A program made the position numbers and the translations under genes. The notes below the pieces were generated by a model. It worked only from the letters and a program-made list of their open reading frames with translations. It was not told the origin of the DNA and searched no databases. A DNA stretch of 64,000 nucleotides from Macrostomum lignano (lineage: Eukaryota). This document shows positions 36,801-48,785 of the stretch, in pieces. The first letter of the stretch is position 1; each line of letters begins with the position of its first letter. The stretch spans positions 10,944-74,943 of the forward strand of contig NIVC01003826.1 of NCBI GenBank assembly GCA_002269645.1, given 5' to 3'.

Positions 36801-39800
36801 AGGAATTTTTGACATACATTTTAGGGAAATTTTTTGTTTTTGGTATACACTGGCATACATTTACCTGAGATAGGATTCTTGTTCAGCATATACTACTACA
36901 CAATCTGGACCCTGGTATGCTAGATTAATCTGGCGTATACTCACAATTTTTGGTATACTACTTGGCATATAATTTTTTTTACACTGGCATACTATCTGGC
37001 ATATAAAAATGGATATTGAAAAGTGTTTAGATATATAGAATGTAGTTCAGAGTTTTTTATGTTTACGAGTATGTCACAGTCAGGCTTTTCATATCTTGTA
37101 GGCCTAGTTGCAGAATCAAATTGTGAAATAAAAGTGAATTTAAATGGAAAGTAATTATTTTGAACGAATGAAATAAATCTTGGCATATATTGACTTCTTG
37201 CTATAAAGAGTATTAGCAAAAAAGCAAAAAAGTAAAATGAAGGAGCAAAAAAGGTCATTTAGTGTGCCGCAACACTAGAAATAAAGCTTGTAACAAGCCT
37301 TCTTTTTTCTAGGATTACAAATTTTTCGAGTTGGAAAAAAATTGCTATATGCCATAAACTAGCACATCATATAAATTGCCAGATTTTAGTCTGGCATACA
37401 TTCAAGATGTTTAAAACTATGGCTATTGCCTTTGTCAAAGTGGGTCACTTTTTTATTGAGATAGGTTATTGGTTTACCAAATTTTATTTGGACAATCTGA
37501 CTTTGCCAGCTTTAACTTGTGCCAATTTTTGAGTAGGCCTAAGCTGAATTTATAGTTTATAACCTACAAAGCCCCCAAAAATATTATTATTAAATAGACC
37601 AAGACTTATTTATTCAATACAACACAAGTTTCATAACAATAAGGCTGAAGGGCTAAGTTGTAGTTTTTCAAATGGTAACAATTGCACCATAGGTGGTAGG
37701 CCTAATTTATTAAGCAATGCCTAGGGACTAGGGTTACCAGTTATTGGCCTAAACAATAAGGATATGTTATATGCCACTACCTTACTACCTAATTGCAAAG
37801 ACTATAAATTAATAGTCTAATAGCTTTAATTCAAATATCTTATGCATATTATCCAAATATCCTACGAATTAAAACACATTAATGACAAATTGACAATGAC
37901 TGACAATGGATAAGAAAAAATAAAACTGAAGTATATTTTTTATTGAGTAGAATAGACCTGGCTATAGGCCAAGGTCTTTTGCAAGATCAATGAAACACTT
38001 TGTGACAACTGGCACAGCAGAGACACAAGCAAACATACTGAACTAAGCCATGCACATGCAAATCATACAAATCCCGTGCCAAATAATCGAGAACTAAAAA
38101 ACCTAAAGTGTCTAGGAAAGTCGAACTTTGAATTATAGTGCTCGCGATTTTAAAATCCGACACATTTAAACAAAACAAAAGCTATCTAATTAAACTCTGG
38201 CTAATTATTTATCTATGAAAGACAGACTGACGACCTCAGCTGCTTGTATTCTACGGCTGTTAGTATATATTTACCGGAAGATGTTTTTATTAATTCGATT
38301 GATTTGATATAAGCATAGATAGATATAGATATATAGAATGTAGTTCAGAGTTTTTTATGTTTACGAGTATGTCACAGTGAGGCTTTTCATATTACCAATT
38401 CCAGAATCAGAATCGGTTCGGATCTACCAAGAAAAACAGCAGTATAACTATTTAATTCTGTTGAATGTTTGACTGCCTTAACAACCTCACTTAGCACAAT
38501 TTTCACTTTCTTCTTGGCGATTGTCATTCAATAATAAAAACTTTATAGCACGTATCTCCCTCTAGTTATGGAGACAAAAAGTTATACTTCACAAATTCGT
38601 TCTGGTTCTGGAACCAGAACAAGCAATATGAAAATTAGGCCCACTGTGTTAAATGTACCCATTACCGGAATAAAATTAATTGCAACACAAACTTACATGT
38701 TAATTAAAAGTTAAGTTACATCAAAATTGGTTGCAGGTTCTGTACATGCACAGAAATGTCGCCCATGGACCCCTGTATAAATAGCCAATATAGATATTGT
38801 ATTTTTAGTTCTGCAATTTGATCGCTTGGAAACAAATTTTATCCCTCGTCACGACGTGGATTTTGAACTGCCATGCATGTGTAATAACTAATGGGGAGCT
38901 CTTATTTGCATGTAAGTTCAGTCAGCTGATCTATTGATACTTTGTGAGTAAAAAACACACATTTGCATTCTGCGTCTATTTCGAGCGCACAGGAAATTGA
39001 AATGTTAAGCTCTACTTGTAGGACAGGGAATTAGACTCATGTAGCAGCGCTCGGGAAACAAATGAGCTACACAAATTAAAAGCCTACAGCGATTCGCGAG
39101 CAGAAATTATATACTCGGCAGCTGATCCAAACCAGAGAAGCATAATATAATTATAGGACGATGTCGTGATGTTTACAGTCAGTCTCTCGATCCATGCCGA
39201 TACAATTTGCAAATAAATACACTATACTCGTAAATTTACATGTAGGTCTTAGGTTCATTGTTCTGTGGTATCTTTTACATGTTTATTGTCTTTATATATC
39301 TTTATGTTTTTACCTGTACGTGTAAAAGTAGATTTTAAGGATGTGCAGGTCCCGTAAAAATACCAGAGCTACAGAGCTTATTGCCAGGCAAAACACATAC
39401 GAGCTACGTAGTACACCTTCTATTTCACCAACAACAACTGTCCATCACTCCATATACATGTAGCTGCTAGCTGCGTCTTCATCGACCAAAACGCGAGAAC
39501 CGCTAAATGCTAGTCGTGCTATGTTTGCAAGAATCGATTCTGCGAGGAGGGGGGGGGCAGCGAGGATCGACGGACATGCAGCAGACGGGACAGTGATGTG
39601 TCCTAACACGTGTGCCTCCATGGCACTTAAAGTCCTTTTCTCGCACAGTTTCCCTGATGGTGCGGCAAGCCAGCTGTTCCGCAATCCGCGGCACAAATCA
39701 ATTGCGACAGGCTCACAACTTTGCTTATGTGAATTATAGGAACGCTAAATGTAGCTATATACTCCTAAAACATTCAATAAGCTTTTAACCCTTATTAGAC

Positions 39801-40505
39801 TAACCGTTTCTGGTAGCATAATAAATAAACCAACATCAAAAAGTGGGTAAAACAACACTACTGAATTTACCTGCATGGGCATCGAGGCATGTAACGGAAC
39901 GTGGTGCACTTTTAGTTATGAAGCTTTGAAGCGAAAGCATGGGCGTTTATTTTTTAACAGAAGTTATTACACAGCGATTTTGGAATTGAAAATAAATATG
40001 ATGATTTATTGCAAATTACACGATCGCTGATCCACAGTACGCAGCATGCGCGAGGTGTCCTTGCATATACAGCACTGCGCATCGAGTATAACACCGTTAA
40101 AACTGACAGCAATAGTGCTAACGACACTTTAAAGTAGATTTGAAAACTTCGACCTGCCTCCATATGTTGTCAACTTAAGCACCGAATCTGAACCGGAAGC
40201 TCAGGTCCGAAAAGTCTAAAATAAGATTAATGATGAGACCAGTGGAACCCATCACCTGAGAGTTTTTTGGCTTCCTATAAGTCAGTTGGCTTGGTTTGGA
40301 GCTTCACTTCGAAATCCATTCCGGTGCTTGAGTTTACATCCTTTCTTGTGTAGAATCCCAGAGTTCTCTAGTAACTTTGTAAAGGCACCCAATCTACCAT
40401 TGCTATCATAGGACTCTAGGCATGAACAAGCATAAAACTATTATGACCCATATATTTGCTCCTGCCGGAATGTCAGTCTGTTGTCAAAGCGCCGCATCAG
40501 GTCAG

Positions 40506-40997
40506 CTAGCTGTCCGCCCACCGCCCTAAGGTTTCCATAACTTCAGGCGTCTGCAGAATTCTCAGCAGATCGGGATCCGTGAGGACGCCCTCAACGAATT
40601 CCTGGTGCGAGATCAGGCAGTTCCTATCCGTGTCCAGCTGTTTGAAGAAGTCTTCGCACACCTGCAGTGGCGTCTTTCTCAGCTGTACGCCGCGATCGCG
40701 AGCAGTCTGAAAGACGGTGTTCATTATAGTCAACACCTCGTCTTTTGAGATGCTGTGATCTTTATTGGCGTCAAATAATTCAAAGAATTGATGCGCCTTC
40801 TTGCGCAACAGTTCAGCCGAGCTGTGCGTCTTGGCTAGCAGGTTGAGAAAGTCAGATCGGCTTCCGGACGGCTGAGTGGCCTTGAAGTCAGCGTACAGCT
40901 GGCGCACCTGGTCTCCGGTCAGACTGCTGGCGTCGGCTAGGAATGCCACGGACTCGGCGTCGAGCTCCAGCGGGGCTACTGACCTGCACTGAGTCAT
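40506..40997 (-). CDS. Neuronal calcium sensor (NCS/recoverin)-like EF-hand protein, 163 aa, intronless, shortened
   Basis: True ATG. VRQLYADFKATQPSG resembles the NCS N-terminal/EF1 region. EF loops DANKDHSISKDE and DTDRNCLISHQE; NCS-like C-terminus EGVLTDPDLLRIL. Confidence 0.85.
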   Translation of the reverse strand: MTQCRSVAPLELDAESVAFLADASSLTGDQVRQLYADFKATQPSGSRSDFLNLLAKTHSSAELLRKKAHQFFELFDANKDHSISKDEVLTIMNTVFQTARDRGVQLRKTPLQVCEDFFKQLDTDRNCLISHQEFVEGVLTDPDLLRILQTPEVMETLGRWADS

Positions 40998-42256
40998 TGC
41001 CGTCTCCCTGCCATGCGATGCGGCTGATTGATAATAACTTCTTGAACAACAGGGCCGGATATTGCTTGACAGGATCCCGGCAACTACAGACTATGCAAAC
41101 GGGAATGTTAATGCTTTAAAAGCAGGCGGCGCGGGGGGGCGGTTAGTATGGGGGAAGAGAGGAGGAGCTAAAGAAACCAAATCTGCTTCCGTCTACAAAT
41201 GATGAGCGGCAGTGAAAACTCCCAGCGCTTTTGGCTCAGGCCAGGCAATCGATGAAGCCCTATTGGCGCGAGAGGAAGGATATTAAGGCGGATGGCTCGC
41301 GGATGCGACCATTCGCTCTTTAACCAATCGGGAAATCTAATAAAAAACAGAAGCGTATTTTCGGCTTCAAACAAGATTGTTATAAGACAGGGAAGCACAG
41401 CATACGATCATATACTTTCTACGTATTATTGCACTAGAATGAATTAGAAAACTACAAATGACTATACTTGTATAGTACATGTACAAACTTTTCTGTGCTA
41501 GCACAAAAAATTTGATTCTAACGCGACAATTAAGAAAGCAAGAAAACTTCACTGATAGATCCTTGAAATTAAATTAGCTTAAAATCTTTTGCTAGGCTTT
41601 CTAGTGAATTTTAAAGCAACGATTTAGGACAGTTTTTGAAAATTTCGAGATGAGGAAAAGTATAAGTTTCCAGACCTGACTCTGAAAATTAGAAGCTTTC
41701 CTCTTTCTGAAGAAAGAAAACAATGGCCATGAGGAGCAATTTGCTTCGGCACACGGCATCTAAAAATACCCAATAGCATGCAATATTCCAAGTCTGCATT
41801 GCCTGTCTTAAGATATATAATTAGCGATGCTGCTCTCTCTTTGCATCCGTAATTTCAGAGTTGAGAAGAAACGGCCTCACCCCTCCAGAAGGCATATTAA
41901 CTGCATGGATTTCACTTCGAAGAATCATTGCATTAAAGCGCCTGCACGCTTCTTGAAGAAAAACTCCGAGCTCAGCTTGGGTTGACGTGTGTACGCCTGA
42001 AATGAGCACACTGCTCATGCATGCCCGTCCCCCCACCCATAGCCATTTACACGCTAAGGCTTGCATTGTTCTACAGTCTTCAAGATATCAACGTGCAGCC
42101 TTTTGGTGTTGGGTGAAAATGAGATGGCAAGAGAGAGAAAGGTTTCGAGTGTGTACAAAATGCAAAATGATGCACACAAAAGACAAGCTATAAGATTCCC
42201 ATACAGTTTTATAATAATGATGCTCTGAAGGCTCTCTCATCTGAACTCCTTAGAAG

Positions 42257-43171
42257 ATGTCAATTTTATACTTGATTCAGTTTTCACCAGTCTTCTGGCT
42301 AACTTTTCAGCTTGTTATTAATGCAAGTAGGGCTCATTCAGACAGCTGCCAAGCCCTTTTGAGCACTCGGCAGCTTCTCAAACGTACCAGCCACCTGCAG
42401 CCGGTCAGCGAGGCTGAGTTCTACGCCAGATTCCGTTTGGGCGACCAACTCGGCGCCGGGTCTTCGGGCTTCGTTGTTTCCGCTGTTGACACAATGCCCC
42501 AGCGGGCGCACACCGGATCGCCGAAGTCATTAGCCGCGAAGTTCGTCCGCATTGAATCGCCAGCGGATCGACGTCGCCTACTAGCTGAGCTGACGGTCAA
42601 TATTCGGCTCGGTCTCCATCGTGACGCCATGCTGTTGAACGACAGCTGCGCCGCGTTGCTGACGCCGCATCGCGCCGGCGGTTCGCTGCGTCAGGCGTTG
42701 AACCGTCTGCGACGTCAGCGCAGTCTCGGCGCCGCTGTCGAAGAGGCCACCGCGTCGCGCTTCGCCTCGGCACTTCTTCGCCAACTTCGTCGGCTGCACT
42801 CGGCCGGGTTTGTCCACGCCGACGTCAAGCCGGAGAACATCGTCCTGGACGATCCGGACGACATCGCGTCGCTTACCCTGGTAGACTTCGGTTCAGTGAT
42901 TGCCGGCAGGGTGGCCACCGCCAGGACTGCAGGCTACGCGGCCCCGGAGCTGCCCGAGGTTGCCACGCCCGCTGCGGACATCTGGTCGGCTGGCCTGGTC
43001 ATCCGGGAGGTGCTGACGAGCGTCGGGCAGCATCGAAACAACTGGACGCCAGCGTCTCGTCTGGCCGCGGACTTCCTAGCCCAGCTGACGAAGACCCAAC
43101 CGGAGGACCGGCCGACCAGCGCTCAGGCTTTGAGGCATCCGTGGCTGTCGAATTGGCGGCGTCGACATTGA
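42257..43171 (+). CDS. Compact Ser/Thr protein kinase (CAMK/DAPK-like), 5' end uncertain
   Basis: LGAGSSGFV, AAKFV, LAEL, HADVKPEN, DFG, YAAPE, DIWSAG, RPTSAQALRHPWL. Confidence 0.88.
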   Translation: MSILYLIQFSPVFWLTFQLVINASRAHSDSCQALLSTRQLLKRTSHLQPVSEAEFYARFRLGDQLGAGSSGFVVSAVDTMPQRAHTGSPKSLAAKFVRIESPADRRRLLAELTVNIRLGLHRDAMLLNDSCAALLTPHRAGGSLRQALNRLRRQRSLGAAVEEATASRFASALLRQLRRLHSAGFVHADVKPENIVLDDPDDIASLTLVDFGSVIAGRVATARTAGYAAPELPEVATPAADIWSAGLVIREVLTSVGQHRNNWTPASRLAADFLAQLTKTQPEDRPTSAQALRHPWLSNWRRRH

Positions 43172-44174
43172 ATACCATGTGCAGTAGATTGCCAAGCTCC
43201 TATACGCATTTGTTGCACCTGACTCAGGTTTTACCGAAAAATATACATTACAGAAAATGGAGGCTTTCATTTTTCAGCCCACAAATTGTTATCGCTTTTG
43301 ATAAGGAGACAAACCCAATGTTCATATTTTGATGAGCCTCGTATAGCTCTGCTGATATTCGTAGAGCTTTTCATTTAAAAGTTTAGGATTCTTTGTTAAT
43401 TTTATGACATTACGTATACATATCCAGTGTCTTAAAAATGCGAATTTGACTTATTGATTTGATGAATTTATTTCATTATTTTTCTGCCACACATTTTGGT
43501 AACACAGTCAGCTAAGACTGATAAATGAATAAAAACAGTAAATGATGCTCATTGTTTCATTCATTTACTGTATGGGCATTGTGTTCACTTTCATTCACAT
43601 CTGTACGACCGATTTCTGCTATGAATGTATACGGTAGGTGTATACACAAGACTTACGGTAGGTCTTGCTTTAATTAAATTACCTAAGCCGGCCATATTTT
43701 GCACGATATATTGTTAAGTATGTTACTTTTCATGGTGCAGTGTGGTACAGTGTTTTGTTTGTTTAAATGCTCTCGTTTAGGCGCCAGTTTAAGCTTCCTT
43801 TTGCGCACACCTGTTGTTACGTCATCAAGGTAATACTGTCTTGAAGTAGGCAATTAATTAATTTGCGCCTCTCAGGCTTAATAAATAAATATATACAACC
43901 TTGCATCTGATATAGCATTGCCCGAAATATTTGTTCATGGCAATGACCTCCGGACAATGACCGGCCATTTTCTGGAGGTAAAAAAACAAGACTGGACAAC
44001 AATACCATAGGCGAAAAAAGTAACACGAAGCGTGAAATTCTTATATTTATTGAAGTCCAACAAAAAATGTTCCAACAATAACACTGCTTAGTCAATTGAG
44101 TGCAAGTCTAACCTATGGTCATGTTCTCATCACGACAGCAGGAGAAAGTCCAGAAAATACGACGGTTGAGTCCA

Positions 44175-44500
44175 TTACTCAAATTTGCAACCATTGAATG
44201 AACAGTTGTGGAAACTGTACCTGACCGACGGATTGTCATGACTGATGCCGGTGATCTGCACGGAAGACGACACAGGTACTGGCACCGGTGAACTCTCACG
44301 CAATGGAGTCGCAACAGCTTGTGAAGAACCATTCAAATCAAGTGCCATAGAAACAGCCTCACTGGTAGACTGCAGCGAGCGATCACGGCGCTTGGACAGG
44401 TAACGGCGAGTTGTCCTCTCAGAAACCTGACCGGTTATCGACATGATGTCAGCCAGGTTTTTGGCCGTTGCCTGGAGTTCTCTCTTCCAGTTAACCCCCC
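44175..44500 (-). pseudogene. Possible C-terminal remnant of a Crypton-like tyrosine recombinase
   Basis: RELQATAKNLADIMSITGQVSERTTRRYL resembles the HSLRAT...I...TGH.S...Y box II. It ends FHNCSFNGCKF. Upstream frames are closed. Confidence 0.35.
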
Positions 44501-45009
44501 ATTATATTAGTCCAAGACTTCCCATGCATAGAAATTTCGCATGATAATAGATTTTAAAACCTGTAGCTAAGTCCTTTTACTGCATCAGTATTCCTAGATG
44601 TATTAGGTATAGGCCTTCACTGTTAATTCCCGAAATTCCTAGAGGATGCGCCCTCTTACTTACAAAACCCTGGACTGCTTGTCCGCACAAGATTTACCCT
44701 TTACTAATCTATATTAAATCTCTAGTGTGTTAGCGCAAACTCGACAATTTCTGCGATAGTCAAAGATATCCAAGGAGGCCTAAAACACACTTTAGTTAGT
44801 CTGGAGTAGCAATTCTAGACTAGACTTCCCTAAGCTTTCACCTTCGTGTCATGATCGTATCAGTTGCAGTTAACGCGAAATATATGCGCCAATTGCCATG
44901 GCTATTTATAAACCAAGGGTTGGCATACTTTTTACCTCAAGGGCCAGACAGAGAACCAAGAGCATGACTGCGGGTCAGAGGAGGGGACAGAGGAGAGGGA
45001 AAAGAGATA

Positions 45010-45125
45010 GGAGAAAGGAGAGTCGAGAGAATAAAGAAGAGAGAAGAGGAGAGGAGAGGAGAGAGGAGAGAGGAGAGGAGAGGAGAGGAGAGAGGAGAAC
45101 AGAGAACAGAGGAGATTAGAGAGAA
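45010..45125. repeat. Polypurine (GAGAG/GAGGA)n microsatellite
   Basis: Seen directly in the sequence. Confidence 0.9.
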
Positions 45126-45159
45126 GGGAGCTGAGAAGACAAGAGGCGCAAACCTTAAA

Positions 45160-45243
45160 CGGGCCGGATTGCTATTGTGAAAATTTAAAGGACCCGAGGG
45201 CCGGATAGAGAGGCATTGCGGGCCGGATTTTGCCGACTCCTAT
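45160..45243. mobile_element. Probable end of a non-autonomous hAT-like element
   Basis: Three GGGCCGGAT subterminal motifs followed by TTTGCCGACTCCT, similar to ...TTTGCCGACCCCTG hAT-type termini. Confidence 0.4.
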
Positions 45244-45378
45244 TATAAACGATATACGTTTAATAGCTCCTTCTATTTGTTTAGCCAATATTTTTGTTTA
45301 ATCAGTGAGTTACAGCGATCGATTTCACAATAATTTGATGTCGCCTTGATTTCCTAGAAATATTCCTAGAACATTGAG

Positions 45379-48300
45379 AGTAGAAGGCATGAGGGGGCTT
45401 CTGGGACAAAATTTTTCACCTCCTCCATAATCCCATTAAATCCATCCATATTATCCCTGACAGAATCAGAAAAAAAGGGGGGTCGCACCTGCTCCAAAAA
45501 CCTCCTCCATAATCCCATTAAATCCATCCATATTATCCCTGACAGAATCAGAAAAAAAGGGGGTCGCACCTGCTCCAAAAACGTCCTCCATAATCCCATT
45601 AAATCCATCCATATTATCCCTGACAGAATCAGAAAAAAAGGGGGGTCGCACCTGCTCCAAAAACGTCCTCCATAATCCCATTAAATCCATCCATATTATC
45701 CCTGACAGAATCAGAAAAAAAGGGGGGTCGCACCTGCTCCAAAAACGTCCTCCATAATCCCATTAAATCCATCCATATTATCCCTGACAGAATCAGAAAA
45801 AAAGGGGGGTCGCACCTGCTCCAAAAACCTCCTCCATAATCCCATTAAATCCATCCATATTATCCCTGACAGAATCAGAAAAAAAGGGGGTCGCACCTGC
45901 TCCAAAAACGTCCTCCATAATCCCATTAAATCCATCCATATTATCCCTGACAGAATCAGAAAAAAAGGGGGGTCGCACCTGCTCCAAAAACCTCCTCCAT
46001 AATCCCATTAAATCCATCCATATTATCCCTGACAGAATCAGAAAAAAAGGGGGGTCGCACCTGCTCCAAAAACGTCCTCCATAATCCCATTAAATCCATC
46101 CATATTATCCCTGACAGAATCAGAAAAAAAGGGGGTCGCACCTGCTCCAAAAACCTCCTCCATAATCCCATTAAATCCATCCATATTATCCCTGACAGAA
46201 TCAGAAAAAAAGGGGGGTCGCACCTGCTCCAAAAACGTCCTCCATAATCCCATTAAATCCATCCATATTATCCCTGACAGAATCAGAAAAAAAGGGGGGT
46301 CGCACCTGCTCCAAAAACCTCCTCCATAATCCCATTAAATCCATCCATATTATCCCTGACAGAATCAGAAAAAAAGGGGGTCGCACCTGCTCCAAAAACG
46401 TCCTCCATAATCCCATTAAATCCATCCATATTATCCCTGACAGAATCAGAAAAAAAGGGGGGTCGCACCTGCTCCAAAAACGTCCTCCATAATCCCATTA
46501 AATCCATCCATATTATCCCTGACAGAATCAGAAAAAAAGGGGGGTCGCACCTGCTCCAAAAACCTCCTCCATAATCCCATTAAATCCATCCATATTATCC
46601 CTGACAGAATCAGAAAAAAAGGGGGGTCGCACCTGCTCCAAAAACGTCCTCCATAATCCCATTAAATCCATCCATATTATCCCTGACAGAATCAGAAAAA
46701 AAGGGGGGTCGCACCTGCTCCAAAAACCTCCTCCATAATCCCATTAAATCCATCCATATTATCCCTGACAGAATCAGAAAAAAGGGGGTCGCACCTGCTC
46801 CAAAAACGTCCTCCATAATCCCATTAAATCCATCCATATTATCCCTGACAGAATCAGAAAAAAAGGGGGTCGCACCTGCTCCAAAAACCTCCTCCATAAT
46901 CCCATTAAATCCATCCATATTATCCCTGACAGAATCAGAAAAAAAGGGGGGTCGCACCTGCTCCAAAAACCTCCTCCATAATCCCATTAAATCCATCCAT
47001 ATTATCCCTGACAGAATCAGAAAAAAAGGGGGGTCGCACCTGCTCCAAAAACGTCCTCCATAATCCCATTAAATCCATCCATATTATCCCTGACAGAATC
47101 AGAAAAAAAGGGGGGTCGCACCTGCTCCAAAAACCTCCTCCATAATCCCATTAAATCCATCCATATTATCCCTGACAGAATCAGAAAAAAAGGGGGGTCG
47201 CACCTGCTCCAAAAACCTCCTCCATAATCCCATTAAATCCATCCATATTATCCCTGACAGAATCAGAAAAAAAGGGGGTCGCACCTGCTCCAAAAACCTC
47301 CTCCATAATCCCATTAAATCCATCCATATTATCCCTGACAGAATCAGAAAAAAAGGGGGGGGTCGCACCTGCTCCAAAAACGTCCTCCATAATCCCATTA
47401 AATCCATCCATATTATCCCTGACAGAATCAGAAAAAAAGGGGGTCGCACCTGCTCCAAAAACGTCCTCCATAATCCCATTAAATCCATCCATATTATCCC
47501 TGACAGAATCAGAAAAAAAGGGGGTCGCACCTGCTCCAAAAACGTCCTCCATAATCCCATTAAATCCATCCATATTATCCCTGACAGAATCAGAAAAAAA
47601 GGGGGGTCGCACCTGCTCCAAAAACCTCCTCCATAATCCCATTAAATCCATCCATATTATCCCTGACAGAATCAGAAAAAAAGGGGGTCGCACCTGCTCC
47701 AAAAACCTCCTCCATAATCCCATTAAATCCATCCATATTATCCCTGACAGAATCAGAAAAAAAGGGGGTCGCACCTGCTCCAAAAACGTCCTCCATAATC
47801 CCATTAAATCCATCCATATTATCCCTGACAGAATCAGAAAAAAAGGGGGGTCGCACCTGCTCCAAAAACGTCCTCCATAATCCCATTAAATCCATCCATA
47901 TTATCCCTGACAGAATCAGAAAAAAAGGGGGGTCGCACCTGCTCCAAAAACGTCCTCCATAATCCCATTAAATCCATCCATATTATCCCTGACAGAATCA
48001 GAAAAAAAGGGGGTCGCACCTGCTCCAAAAACGTCCTCCATAATCCCATTAAATCCATCCATATTATCCCTGACAGAATCAGAAAAAAAGGGGGTCGCAC
48101 CTGCTCCAAAAACGTCCTCCATAATCCCATTAAATCCATCCATATTATCCCTGACAGAATCAGAAAAAAAGGGGGGTCGCACCTGCTCCAAAAACCTCCT
48201 CCATAATCCCATTAAATCCATCCATATTATCCCTGACAGAATCAGAAAAAAAGGGGGGTCGCACCTGCTCCAAAAACGTCCTCCATAATCCCATTAAATC

Positions 48301-48671
48301 CATCCATATTATCCCTGACAGAATCAGAAAAAAGGGGGGTCGCACCTGCTCCAAAAACGTCCTCCATAATCCCATTAAATCCATCCATATTATCCCTGAC
48401 AGAATCAGAAAAAAAGGGGGTCGCACCTGCTCCAAAAACGTCCTCCATAATCCCATTAAATCCATCCATATTATCCCTGACAGAATCAGAAAAAAAGGGG
48501 GTCGCACCTGCTCCAAAAACGTCCTCCATAATCCCATTAAATCCATCCATATTATCCCTGACAGAATCAGAAAAAAAGGGGGGTCGCACTCGCTCACAAA
48601 ACGTCCTCCATAATTCCATTAAATCCATCCATATTATCCCTGACAGAATCAGAGCATTATCCCTGACAGAA
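45379..48671 (+). repeat. Left TIR (~3.3 kb) made of about 40 copies of an ~82-bp unit
   Basis: Unit CCATAATCCCATTAAATCCATCCATATTATCCCTGACAGAATCAG-A7/8-G5/7-TCGCACCTGCTCCAAAAAC(G/C)TCCT. Confidence 0.97.
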
Positions 48672-48785
48672 AGAAAAGAAACAAAGACTCATTATATTTT
48701 ATTTAAGATTTAAGATTATATTTTATTTTCGTAAAGGTGTTTTATGTTTACTAACAAACGACGACTGCAGAATCTTAAATCGAAA

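Noticed and set aside
39445-39739. Small GC-rich ORFs near 39.5 kb
   Set aside because: No recognisable motif or convincing splice or start context; they could be an exon, but this cannot be supported.
45418-45500. Specific transcription-factor sites (CACCTG, TAATCC, TGACAG) in the TIR unit as evidence of an enhancer
   Set aside because: These 6-mers are expected by chance, and TGACA also occurs in unrelated host minisatellites in this window.
45366-48628. Numerous MDLMGLW.../MDGFNG... ORFs (also 62855-63730)
   Set aside because: They are translations of the 82-bp repeat, with frames switching at homopolymer length changes.
45418-48650. CRISPR-like array
   Set aside because: Units are contiguous and near-identical with no unique spacers, there are no cas genes and the context is eukaryotic. 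It is the Polinton TIR array.
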